From Tubiluchus corallicola (lineage: Eukaryota; Animalia; Priapulida): a DNA stretch of 64,000 nt. Positions 24,600 through 36,592 of this stretch are shown here, piece after piece (the stretch's first letter is position 1; every line of letters begins with the position of its first letter). The stretch is from contig JAQGDQ010000893.1 in assembly GCA_030141605.1 (NCBI GenBank), positions 19,247 to 83,246 on the forward strand, in the 5' to 3' direction. The notes under the pieces were generated by a model. The model worked only from the letters and a program-made list of their open reading frames with translations, made no database searches and was not told the DNA's origin. The translations under genes were made by a program, and so were the position numbers.

Positions 24600-27500
24600 A
24601 ATTTCTCGACATTCAGTCCGAAAAGGACTTGCAGAAATCTTGGTAAGTGAGATTAAACACCGTGTTGAGACTCTGTTGTGATGGAGAGGCCGATCTGTTA
24701 ACTTGTTTAATAGGTTAAAGGAAACGTCAAGCATACTGTAAAGCTATACTTATTTCAATACTCGTAAAATGTTAGAAGGATTTAGTAACAAAAGTACGAT
24801 AAGCGCCCTCATGTAATTAGTAAAATAACTTTAAAGAAGCGAAAATTTCATGTTTGTGAACTTCAATTTTGAATGAAAATTCTTCCACCAATGACGTCGT
24901 TTATTGACTGTAGAAAAGCAGTGGACTGATTATTTCTGTCAAAAATATATATAAAATAAGTTTTTACAAAAAATAATTTCCTAATTTTGTGATATTTATC
25001 ATGAAAATTGGTTAAGCTACAGAAGTTTAAATTAATTTAAGCTCATTGCACTTATGGAAAGTAACGATGCCCTTTCAAAAAGTCACTAAGCCACCACTTC
25101 CCGTCAAAATTTTCAAGACTATCACTGCAAATGAAATTCTCTGTACAGCGGTAGTATAAATTAACTTTAATATTTGCAAATTTCTTTGTTTTATTTTTCT
25201 AAGCTTAAGATAACGTAGTAAACTAAACCCAAAGTTTCTAAGTGACTTATTTCCTTTAAACGAAGCAAAGTTAACCTCGTTACAGGTTCAGTTACAAATC
25301 TGACTGTTCAAATCACGCTTAATTCAAATCTGCTGGTTCTGAAACTCTAGCGGATATATAACCCCTTTTAACACTTTCTTAAACCGAAAACATTTAATGT
25401 AAAAAAGTTCCCTACAGCTTAGATTCAGAACTTTGAGCAACGAATTTATCAGAAATTGCATTTTTATATTTTGAGGATTGGAAGTTTAATGTCTTCCCTA
25501 TCGTTCATATAGAGCTAGAGGCTTTTACTTTAATTTTAATATTAAAGACAGTCAAACATCTTCATAGAGCCGAGAAGTGAAAGTATTAATTCATGGTTAC
25601 AAGGATCTTTCCTAAACCCGTTGTGGCCTCCAATTTCTCCTTATCGAGGATAATCCGAAGCCATTTATTGCATTTTGCAGAATCTTATTGGAAATGAACC
25701 GTTTATTTATTATTTTCGTGCTAGGACAGTGAATAACTCCAAAACGATGGGACCTAGGACCAAACTTGGTGTGTATACACTTGAGGGTGGGGGACAGGTA
25801 GAGTGGCATGGTGACCTGTCACTTCAGGTCAATTGGTCAAGGACAGTGGACATCAGGTCATTTTTCCTTTGTCGGTCACCTCCTCCTAGGGCTTTGAGTT
25901 AAATTCAATTTTTTTTTCACAGGTACTTAGGTCATGTGGGGTCATGTGCACTAAGCTTTGTTTTGGAAATTGGAGAAAAGGAAAGCTCCGAGTTAGGAGC
26001 AAAATGTGAAAATTAGGGCATACGACTTTGTCGCTCAACTCCTCTTACAATGTTGGACTAGGAGTCAATGTTTATGCATGCGTGGGTGGGAGGGTGGATT
26101 TACATGTGCATTAGATGTGAGGCCTAGTCACGTGACATGACTCAAAGTGTTAAAATGGGGTCTGGTCAATAACTCCATATGTGTAAGGCCTAAAATCACG
26201 AAACTTGCAGAGTGGGCACCCAACATAAGTAGCCATAAAATTGTATAGGTCCTCAGGGTCAAAGGTCACAGCAACAGAATGCAAAATGTGAAAACACAAA
26301 AATGTGAAATGACTAGGACTCAATGTTCATGCATGTGTGAGTAGGCGAGTGACTTGGTCACGTGACATGGGCGAAAGTGTTATTATACGGTCTGGTCAAT
26401 AACTCTGTAACTATAAGAGCTAGAATCACAAAACTTGTAGAGTAGGCAACTAATGTAGATCGTCAGAGAACTACCTAGAAATGGTGACCTGTGGGTCAAA
26501 GGTCATAGTAGAAAGACCGAAAATGTGAAAATGAGGGAGAATGACTTTGTGACTCAATACTAGAAGCCCATGCTATTGTACGTATGGGTAGGCGGCCAAG
26601 GGTAGATGTGTACTAAGAATTTTTCGAAAAGTGGGCGTGACCAGGTCACGTGAGAAGCGAAAGTGTGAAAATGGCTTGCAATAAAATGGATTTCCTAGGT
26701 AATCAATCATTCAGCAATAGCAAAATTATGATCTTGAAACAAACATCAAATCAGCAAAGGTTTTTCACTGTCAGCAGTTGCAATTTTGGTCATAATGCAG
26801 ACAGAATTTTAAGTTTATGACTTTGTAATAAACACGGTTTAGTTATATTTGTATTTTGTAGTGTTTATGTAAATTGTTTTACTCATGTTCATTTTGACGT
26901 AGTAATTAATTTAACGTAGCCATAGGATTTTTGCTCTAATTTTCTTTCTGTTCAAGTGTAGCGTTTAATCGCCTTACCATTATCATGTTCTAATCCTTGT
27001 ACATTCACTTGTGAAATGTTTGTAATGTAATAGTACCTATGCGCGTATTTTAAGTTTATCGTTCTTGTTTTCTATAAACAAAATTTCGATTTTAACAAAT
27101 TTTGTTTTAACCACATATTTGCACCTCGCGAAATGCTGAATTGAACTTTAAATCACCTGGGTTCTCAGTCGCCCAATAATCGCTTTCCCTCGTTTTTGTA
27201 AATAACGGAAGATTAAAAGTTCTAAAACATTTATAAAACAAGCATTTACTAAAATTTTATTTTTTCATTTTTATACTCCTTCGCGACACTTTGGAACTAC
27301 GAAAAAGTGGATTGGCGCTACAGCGATGTTCACATTATAAAGGTGGGGTTATAATGAGGTTTGATTGTTGTGGTAAAACAAATAAACTAGGAATTCTTTA
27401 AATGATTTTAAATGTATTTTCGAGCAATGTACCTTTAAAAATCTTTTTGAGAAAGTGCTATATATTATTAGAGGTCATGCGTTTAGAGGTCATGCTATTT

Positions 27501-28890
27501 TGCTTTAGTTGTTGCAGATGAGCAAACATGCCTGTCACGACGAAGAGTTATTGTGGAAATGATTTATTAAAAAAAAGGAAACTTTGGTTTGCAACAGGAG
27601 CCGATTCCTGTGCCAGAAAAGTTTCCTCAAATATCCACATGCTGCAAAGTTGTTAAAAATGAAAACCCTGTGGGGGTATTTAGGAAAGCTGTCTGTACCA
27701 TTCAAGGCTGGTCATTACCCAGTCGTTCTCACGCTGCTAAAACTGCTTTGGAATCTGTAGAACCTCTTCAAAAACGGAGATTATTCTAATCTTGCTTTGT
27801 ACTAAGGCGCTACCTGCTGTTCAGGTAAATACTTCACAAGGCTTATAGTTGAGCTGTTTTTCGTGTGCAGAAAGCATGTCTCAAGTGGTCAAAAGCGGTG
27901 GTCATTGTCAGGGCTTTTTCGGAATTGTTGAAGATTAAAATCTTTCTTTGTGTGCGAGTGTACAACCTGCTGTTCAGGTAAATACTTAACAGCCTTAATA
28001 ATTGTGGTGCTTTCTTGCGTGCAGAGAGCAGGTCTTAAGTGGTCTGAAGTTCTAAAGCGGGGGTCATTATTTTCGGCATTTTTTCCAACAAAACTGAATT
28101 CCAGGCGAGATTGTTGAAGATTATAGTCTTTCTTTGTGCGCAGGGCATGAACCGCGCACTCAACTCAAACACGTCACAGGATTTGTAAAATCATTATAAG
28201 CTGCTCTTTGAGTGGGGAGAGCAACACAGGTGGTCAGTAATTTGGCCTTTTGTGTTATTTTAAGTTCTTTTCTAACTAATCATCACAGCTTTGAGAGGCA
28301 AAGATGAAGTAAACTGACCATGCGCATCACTTCCTGTCAAGATTTTGAAAACATCATAAAAGCTCAGGAACGAACTAGACTTCAATGACGAGTACTTTTT
28401 GTAGAATGAAAGAAAAGTTTGCAGCATTTTAAATATTTTATTAAAGAGGGAGTACTGCTCATATGCGTGACACACGCAAAATAAAAATTCAACGCTCAAT
28501 ATTGACTTCACATTTTCCTCCATAAATGGCCCCGTTTAATCAGTGAAATTAAATTACAAACATTTTAGAAAGTTTGCAAATTAATAAAGGGTGACACTAT
28601 ACAGGCTCTAAATTGACTTTAAACAGATAAATTAATGAAGCGAAATTATTACTAAATAACTATACGAGTATATTATTTAAATTAAATTATGCATTTATAC
28701 GAAAAAAGGTGTTCTGCCATTGCATTATATATAAATTGTTTGTGCTTCATTTATCGAGCATTGTGACATTTCTTCTAATAGATTAATGATGGTCATTATT
28801 TAATTCTGAAGTGTCCACTTCATCTTCATTTGTTGGGTCTTCTAAAATTTCATCTTCATCAGTTTTAACAGACAGAAAGTGGTGCCATAC
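24600..28890 (+). repeat. Long modular dispersed repeat, copy B (interrupted at ~25565-27300)
   Basis: 24615-25565 is the reverse complement of ~44570-45500 (e.g. gaatgaaaattcttccaccaatgacgtcgtt / aacgacgtcattggtggaagaattttcattc). 27340-28890 is the reverse complement of ~42525-44060. Confidence 0.85.
25570..26700. mobile_element. Probable non-coding interspersed repeat with ggtcaaaggtca boxes and an internal duplication
   Basis: Recurrent ggtcaaaggtca, tcacgtgacatg and tctggtcaataactc segments; no counterpart seen in the inverted partner copy C. Confidence 0.45.
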
Positions 28891-28999
28891 TTTAGGCTAG
28901 TAGCAATTGAAGAAGTTCCCACTTACACGTACAACGATACAGGTAAAGGACACTACACATAAATAACGAATGACGTGTAAGATATATGCCCTGGTGTTG

Positions 29000-29066
29000 G
29001 TAGCAGCTAGTTTCGAACTCAAGACTGCAGACCGAAATTTAAGCCACTCGGCTGCCCAACCCACTC
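29000..29066 (-). mobile_element. tRNA-derived SINE head remnant
   Basis: The minus strand has A-box-like ggcagccgagtggc and B-box gagttcgaaac; no full cloverleaf. Confidence 0.4.
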
Positions 29067-29825
29067 ATTGCTCGTAATATAATTCTAGTCTAATAAGACG
29101 TGACTAATAATGTTCATTGTTGCTGTAACATTTTCCAGAAACACATCCGAGAATAACATTGGCTGGATAAACCTAGTGCAGTAATGGAGTTAAAGGCAAT
29201 TTCATCGTGCGGGCAGTACTTCGTACAGTTGAATACATACCAATGGGGCAGGTTTTTCGAGTGTCTACATTGTAAAATTAGTGGCTCCACTGTTGACCAT
29301 AATTTCATGATGTCCAGGTTCCTTGGTCATCCATTCATCCTGTGTTTACCTCACATGATCAAGCTCTGACAACTCTTTACATAATTAACCTAAACGTATA
29401 AGCCATTAAATTCAAGAAATAAATCTGAACCTTCATTGTTTTCAATCTGTCGTTACATGATCAAGTCTCTGTCACGTGCTTGCGGATTTTTTACTTGCGA
29501 TTTTGAAATGATTTTTACCTCTGTGAACTTAACATTTCCAACACGGAAAATTAAGATAAAATGTGGAAATCAACTGTAAGAAAATACGAGAATTCAACCA
29601 CCAAACGTTGATTCCAATATTATTTCTCATTTTATCCGCCTATGTTTAGTAAATGCGCATGAGAAGCTGAGTGCATTCAATTCAGTCATTGAAATATTTT
29701 TTTCCATTGAATTATAATTATTCATTGTATTATTCATTAGCTAAACAATTATAGATATTAAAATTAAATCATGAAGTATTGTTATTATGGTTAAAATGCT
29801 TAACGTCTAAGATAACAGTTTGATA

Positions 29826-31450
29826 ACCAATGAAGTGAACTCGTCGTCGCCAGGAACCACTCTGAGGTTTTGGCTCTCTGTACGGGTTTCAGGCTGAAGA
29901 TTGGAACTAACCAATGAAGTGCACTCGTCGTGGCCAGGAACCACTCTGAGGTTTTGGCTCTCTGTACGGGTTCCAGGCTGAAGACTGGAACTAACCAATG
30001 AAGTGCACTCGTCGTCTCCAGGAACCACTCTGAGGTTTTGGCTCTCTGTACTGGTTCCAGGCTGAAGACTGGAACTAACCAATGAAGTGAACTCGTCGTC
30101 TCCAGGAACCACTCTGAGGTTTTGGCTCTCTGTACGGGTTCCAGGCTGAAGACTGGAACTAACCAATGAAGTGCACACGTCGTCTCCAGGAACCACTCTG
30201 AGGTTTTGGCTCTCTGTACGGGTTCCAGGCAAAAGATTGGAACTAACCAATGAAGTGCACTCGTCATCTCCAGGGACCACTCTGAGGTTTTGGCTCTATG
30301 TACGGGTTCCAGGCTGAAGACTGGAACTAACCAATGAAGTGCACTCGTCGTCTCCAGGAACCACTCTGAGGTTTTGGCTCTATGTACGGGTTCCAGGCTG
30401 AAGACTGGAACTAACCAATGAAGTGCGCTCGTCGTCGCCAGGAACCACTCTGAGGTTTTGGCTCACTGTACAGGTTCCAGGCTGAAGACTGGAGCTAACC
30501 AATGAAGTGCACTCGTCGTCTCCAGGGACCACTCTGAGGTTTTGGCTCTATGTACGGGTTCCAGGCTGAAGACTGGAGCTAACCAATGAAGTGCACTCGT
30601 CATCTCCAGGAACCACTCTGAGGTTTTGGCTCTCTGTACGGGTTCCAGGCTGAAGATTGGAACTAACCAATGAAGTGCACTCGTCATCTCCAGGAACCAC
30701 TCTGAGGTTTTGGCTCTCTGTACGGGTTCCAGGCTGAAGATTGGAACTAACCAATGAAGTGCACTCGTCATCTCCAGGAACCACTCTGAGGTTTTGGCTC
30801 TCTGTACGGGTTCCAGGCTGAAGATTGGAACTAACCAATGAAGTGCACTCGTCATCTCCAGGAACCACTCTGAGGTTTTGGCTCTCTGTACGGGTTCCAG
30901 GCTGAAGATTGGAACTAACCAATGAAGTGCACTCGTCATCTCCAGGAACCACTCTGAGGTTTTGGCTCTCTGTACGGGTTCCAGGCTGAAGATTGGAACT
31001 AACCAATGAAGTGCACTCGTCATCTCCAGGAACCACTCTGAGGTTTTGGCTCTCTGTACGGGTTCCAGGCTGAAGATTGGAACTAACCAATGAAGTGCAC
31101 TCGTCATCTCCAGGAACCACTCTGAGGTTTTGGCTCTCTGTACGGGTTCCAGGCTGAAGATTGGAACTAACCAATGAAGTGCACTCGTCATCTCCAGGAA
31201 CCACTCTGAGGTTTTGGCTCTCTGTACGGGTTCCAGGCTGAAGATTGGAACTAACCAATGAAGTGCACTCGTCATCTCCAGGAACCACTCTGAGGTTTTG
31301 GCTCTCTGTACGGGTTCCAGGCTGAAGATTGGAACTAACCAATGAAGTGCACTCGTCATCTCCAGGAACCACTCTGAGGTTTTGGCTCTCTGTACAGGTT
31401 TCAGGCTAAAGATTGGAACTAACCAATGAAGTGAACTCGTCGTCGCCAGG
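29826..31450. repeat. 84-bp minisatellite, ~19 copies
   Basis: Unit aaccaatgaagtgcactcgtcatctccaggaaccactctgaggttttggctctctgtacgggttccaggctgaagattggaact. Confidence 0.97.
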
Positions 31451-31527
31451 ACTAAATTGTTATGTTATGAGAATCTAAATATTGTTATGAGAAAAACAAT
31501 GGCGTCTGGTTACATTTCGCCCCCCAT

Positions 31528-31832
31528 CTTTAAGCCTCGGACCCACCTGTGACACACTATCGCATCCATCAGACAACACAAGTGTACTTTCTGACATGAT
31601 GACGTTGCACAGATACTATGAGTGAAAAGATTAAAATAATGACAATTGCATTGCAAGGTAACTTAAATTAAAATTAGTCTTTTGTCATGGTCAGAAACAT
31701 TCTCAACTAGTTTTTAATTTCAATTTCATTAATTTTAATTTAAATTACCTTGCATTTCAATTGTCATTATTTTAATCTTTTACTCATAGTATCTATGCAA
31801 CGTCAATATGTCATCATGTCCGAGGCTTAAAG
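31528..31832. mobile_element. Palindromic MITE-like hairpin
   Basis: Outer IR ctttaagcctcggac / gtccgaggcttaaag. Inner ~85-bp arms at 31593-31676 and 31731-31820 are near-perfect reverse complements. Confidence 0.7.
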
Positions 31833-33027
31833 AAGAAATTAAAAACAAGATGACAATGTTTCTGACATGGTCAAAAACAGAAGATTTTGCAAACGATAAT
31901 TTCAAAAATGAGCCTCAAAATGAAGAGACGGCAGCGTTTGTTTGAAAGTTATTATTTTCACCTTGCTTGAACACACAGGAAGTGCATTTCTAAATGAAAC
32001 CTCAGTTTTACGCGTCACCCAAGGGCCAAAGGTCAACCAATCTCGGAATGAATTTAAATCATTAAATTTCGCTCACTGAGACCATTTACGCTTTGTAGTA
32101 TTGATACACTACAACTTACTTTTGGATAACTCTTGAACACACTTGTCTCCTTGTCTCATATTTTGCCCCTAATGTGTCAAAAGTTAAGGATTCACATTGT
32201 AATCTACGCAATTCGAATCGACTAATTGAGAATTTTCATCTGATCTTCTACATGGTACTATTCGTAGTCACTCGATGATTTCTGTTCCCGACCCCCATTT
32301 TTCGATTTTGCCCCCTTCTGGAGTCAGAGACCAAGTCTCAGCATAACTTGCATCATTTGGTTTGTCTCATCGAGCTTTTGTTTGATAAACTTCAAACTAA
32401 TTTCGGTCGACACAGGAAATCCTGTGTCTCCTCGACCCCTATTTTGCCCCCTAGCTGGGTCACGGGTTTGCTGTTCTCATTGTAATCTATGCCATTCAAT
32501 CCGCCTTATCGAGACCTTTTATTTGATGTGTGACAAGGTACCATTGCTCAACACTCGGTGTACTTCGGTTTCCTACCACCATTTTTCGGTTTTTGCCACC
32601 TAGTGGAAAATTTTCCTACACTCGCATGACCCATATTTTGTGATAAGCCACGATACCTCCCAGTAACATACCGAATATTGTGGCCCTTGCTGAAAAAGTA
32701 TGGGAGCAGAACGATCTGAAATCAGAAGCAGCAAAAGGAGCAGAAGGTCCGTGACGTTTGAGCCGGAATGAAAAATTCGCATAAAACAAAAAATAGACAT
32801 TTTTTCTTTAAGTTTTTAACTCTGTATCTTCATCGAAGAAAGGCCTTTTTTAGTTTTCAAGCTGGGGGCTATTATTTACTTATAATTTTTTATGATTTAC
32901 AGCGGTAAAACAGGTAAAAAAGGTATAACTCAGGTGAACTGCACATTGTTGATTTTTTACTTTGTATGGCGGGGATGGTGATCTAGCAGAATGTAAAAAG
33001 ACCCGCTTTTTATTTAGCGCAAAAACT

Positions 33028-33216
33028 AGTCAGGGTGGGGAAGGAGAGTCAGGGTGGAGAAGGAGAGCCAGGGTGGAGAAGGAGAGCCAGGGTGGAGAAG
33101 GAGAGCCAGGGTGGAGAAGGAGAGCCAGGGTGGAGAAGGAGAGTCAGGGTGGAGAAGGAGAGCCAGGGTGGAGAAGGAGAGCCAGGGTGGAGAAGGAGAG
33201 TCAGGGTAGAGAAGGA
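33028..33216. repeat. 19-bp purine-rich minisatellite, ~10 copies
   Basis: Unit agccagggtggagaaggag. Confidence 0.95.
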
Positions 33217-33411
33217 ACAAGAGTTTTTGACACAAAATTAAAGCACACGTGACTTAAATTGATGAAGGAAAATTTAACGGCATGATTACGATACAGAGAA
33301 ACGCAAAGCTGTTTAAAAGACAAAACAAGATTGAAATTAATGTGTCTGTTCGTGATAAGAACAACAAGAATTATCCAACAAAACAAAGTAATTGCTGAAT
33401 TCACATTAGCG

Positions 33412-34679
33412 TCAGCTAGAAAACGGGCTGTTCAGTGAGACTAAGCTGGAATATTTCTCACCAAAACATTTATCATTATACCACCATGCACTCATGGCTT
33501 TGTAGGCACCAAAGTAATTTCTTTCAAATTCTTTCCTCTCAAACACTGAATTTTGTTTGTGAAGTTTTTTACATAACTCACACCAAAAGTCTTGTGTGTG
33601 TTTTAAACGTATCCTGTAATAATTACTGTAAGTTGGAAACATCAAATCGCTTTCTGATGTATTTTCCACAAAAAGTATTTACTATATTCTTCCTCTGTCA
33701 TACTTTGTAAGAATTTTGCTAGCATTTCTGGTGTGGCAAAGTCATCCACATTGATGTAGGAATTTGGAGGAAGAAAGTGGGTGTAGTTTGCACCACCTAA
33801 AACTATTGGCACGACGTCATATTGCAGCGTGGCATAAACTTTTTCTGTAATATAATCATTACACACGGAGTTCTCAAAAGCCAAGTAGAACTTGTAATTC
33901 TTTTCCATAAACTTGTATGTGTTTTTGGAATCCCGCTTAGACTTTTCATTTTGACATTTCAAGTATATATCAACAGCAATGAACTTCTTCAAATGATACA
34001 CGTAATGTTCTCTTAAACTTGCTGTTTCACAATGGCTTACAAACCAAGCAACAAGTCTAGACTTTCTGTGTCTTCGGTGTTGACCAAACATGTATTGTTC
34101 TCCCGGACCACGTCTGATTATATCTCCATATTTTAACACGATATCAGAATCTAATCTGTACGTCATTGTCCAATGTATGAAGCCATCTAATTCGCTTAAA
34201 TTTGCTTTCGTATAATGTGGTGATTCTGCTAAATACAAAACCCATTTCTGTCCTTCTAGTCGTTCTACAAGACTGGGTTTAAGGTAATCATCAAATGGGT
34301 GAATAACAACAGCACTGCTTTTAGTCAATAGAGAGCGATTGTTTGTAGTTTCACAGTAGGAAGAATCAAGTGGACAGTTCTCAACAAATGGTTTCCTGCC
34401 AAATCCCCATCTAAAATCTTTATTACTGTGTAATTTATTCCAGAGTAAGATAAGCTTTGTTGTTCCGGTGCTGCTGAGTCTGCTTAATTTAGGCTCCGAT
34501 TTTGCACAAATATGGGAATAGGGATTATCGCAAACAGTATGCTGAAAATCTACGCCCGTTCCTGTCTTTTGAGTCACGTGCGAGACAGTTAAACAATAAC
34601 ATACCAAAATGGTTAAAATCACTGCAAAAATCGTCTTGGTTAAAATTGTTGTTTTGTAGCAGTTTTTTAAAGAATACAT
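33412..34679 (-). pseudogene. GT10 alpha-1,3/4-fucosyltransferase, single coding exon with one frameshift near 33660
   Basis: TM IFAVILTILVCYCLTV; ESP; WTMTYRLDSDI; VAWFVSHC; YKFYLAFENSVCNDYITEK (GT10 signature); VVPIVLGGANY. The conserved C-terminal FWCELCKKLH lies in a different frame (ORF 33412..33669). Confidence 0.92.
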
Positions 34680-36115
34680 TTTACACTATAAAAGTAGCTT
34701 GTTGAAATACAAAAACGGAAAAAAACTTACATTGGCGAACACAAAAGAACACAGTAGACTTTTCACGAAATTGGTAATGGTGGTAACATTGTCGCTAGCA
34801 TAATCATTTGGTGCTACGCTTGTGTAAAAAGAGCGTCAGTATGTCAAGCATAGCTTCGGTTGACATGCTCCTGAAATGCGCTGCACAAATAAGAACAGTA
34901 ACTGCAAATTATAGAATTTCGTATGCATTCTTACCAAACTGTTTATGCTCTTTTTATGATTTACAATAAAATTTCATTTTAAGCAGCGGTTGTTGCTCAA
35001 CAAGTAACTTCTCGTGACAGAGTACGCAAAAGGAGGCGCGTTACTGCATTGATAATGTTTATGCAGTACGCAATCATACTCGTAGAAAGTCGTCGAAAAA
35101 CAACTATCTAGAAGAGGTATGAAAAAATGGAACCATACTTTAGGCTTGTAGCAATTGACGAAGTTGGCAAAAATGGCACTGCGCGACATTATATAGAAAC
35201 TGACACGTTGGTAAAGCAAAACATCATACAGAAAATGACAAACTATCAGTCTCGTATGCTTGAAACGCTTTTGTTATATATTTTTATATAGTTTGATACA
35301 GATAAATTCAGAATTCAACTAAAGTGTCTGCAAACCGGTGTAATAGATATGGTATGTAATATTGTGTCAAAATAAAATGAACTTGAATTTGAAAAAAATA
35401 GATATTTCAAATACAGTCTCGTTTCAAGCCATTTGTCTCTTGATCTCTCGTCTCTCTCGGCTCAGAGGTGTGACTAGTTTTGTTTACCCCATAGGTGCGC
35501 CCTAGGACTCGTCAAACTAGGTCACCTTGTTTGGGTTCTATAATCACGACCTGATCATGACGTGTTTTTTGCCTTGCAATTAAAATGGACTTCCCCGGCT
35601 GAGACGGTAGATTAAACATTAATTATAAATAAACTAAACATTTTATTTACAGTTGACAGCGTTCTTTATATGGACGTGGACCTAGTCTGTTGGATAAACT
35701 GGCATTCAACGCCTGAGAGAATCTGAAAAAAGGCGAGCGGTTTTATATCGACGTATCCCCTTACTTACGATGCCCACTGACTACAGTTGCATAGAATTAC
35801 CTGGAGTAAAAAAAACATATTAAAACCTTTATATTGAAACAGGACGTTGGCCTAGAATCAAATGGACTTGTACTTGCGATGTAACACAGCTGAAACATAG
35901 AAGTGAACACGAGACAGTCAGTTATGGCAATCAGTCTGCAAGAACTTGTTAAAGCTTGAGGAAATTTCCAGAGGAAAGTTCTCAAACAATATATCACATT
36001 GTATCAAGTGCATCAACGAACACGAAAAAAAAATCACCAAGAAAGTTCAAAACATCTGCTACCACCGTCTCGTCCTAAACTGAAGTTCTTTTTTATTTCG
36101 AAGTGCTACTTAGCT

Positions 36116-36592
36116 ATGTAGAAAATAATAACCTTTCGAATAGCAGATCTCAAACGCACATTTTGGTGTTTGCTAATGTTATGCGGCTTTTTCTATATAA
36201 TTTCAGTAATTTATGAATCAACATTCAATAATGATATTTCATGCCAAGGCAAATACCATCACTTTTTCGATTATTTTCTTCAGCAAAAGTGTTATGAAAA
36301 CGACATTGCTAAACTTAATCTTGAAAGATTACAACGGATTACAGAGGTGTGCAAAAATATAGGCAATTCAACAAGAGGTAAAATTGATTATAGATATATT
36401 TTAGTTAGTGATCAACACAGATTTTTATGCTGTCACATTCCAAAGATTGCTACAACTGTGTGGAAGCATATTCTTTCTGCTTTACAAGAAAATCGCAGCT
36501 TGAATAATGTAATTTTGCGTAGCTATGGAGTTCATATACCTCAAAATGAAAACCATCTAGGAAAATATTCCAAAGAGCAAATGGAAAAGTAG
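36116..36592 (+). pseudogene. Carbohydrate sulfotransferase (CHST8-14 / Sulfotransfer_2 family), 3'-truncated
   Basis: TM FWCLLMLCGFFYIISVIY; ILVSDQHRFLCCHIPKIATTVWKHIL (5'-PSB motif). The 3'-PB motif (FVRxPxxRLxSAY) is missing. The in-frame upstream ATG at 36116 is followed immediately by TAG. Confidence 0.85.

Noticed and set aside
5019-31450. Regular arrays considered as CRISPR or CRISPR-like
   Set aside because: Units are contiguous with no unique spacers, there are no cas genes, and the context is eukaryotic.
8016-36592. Retrocopy origin for the intronless enzyme genes
   Set aside because: No poly-A tails or TSDs were seen, splice-acceptor-like sites lie upstream of several ATGs, and single coding exons are normal for these families.
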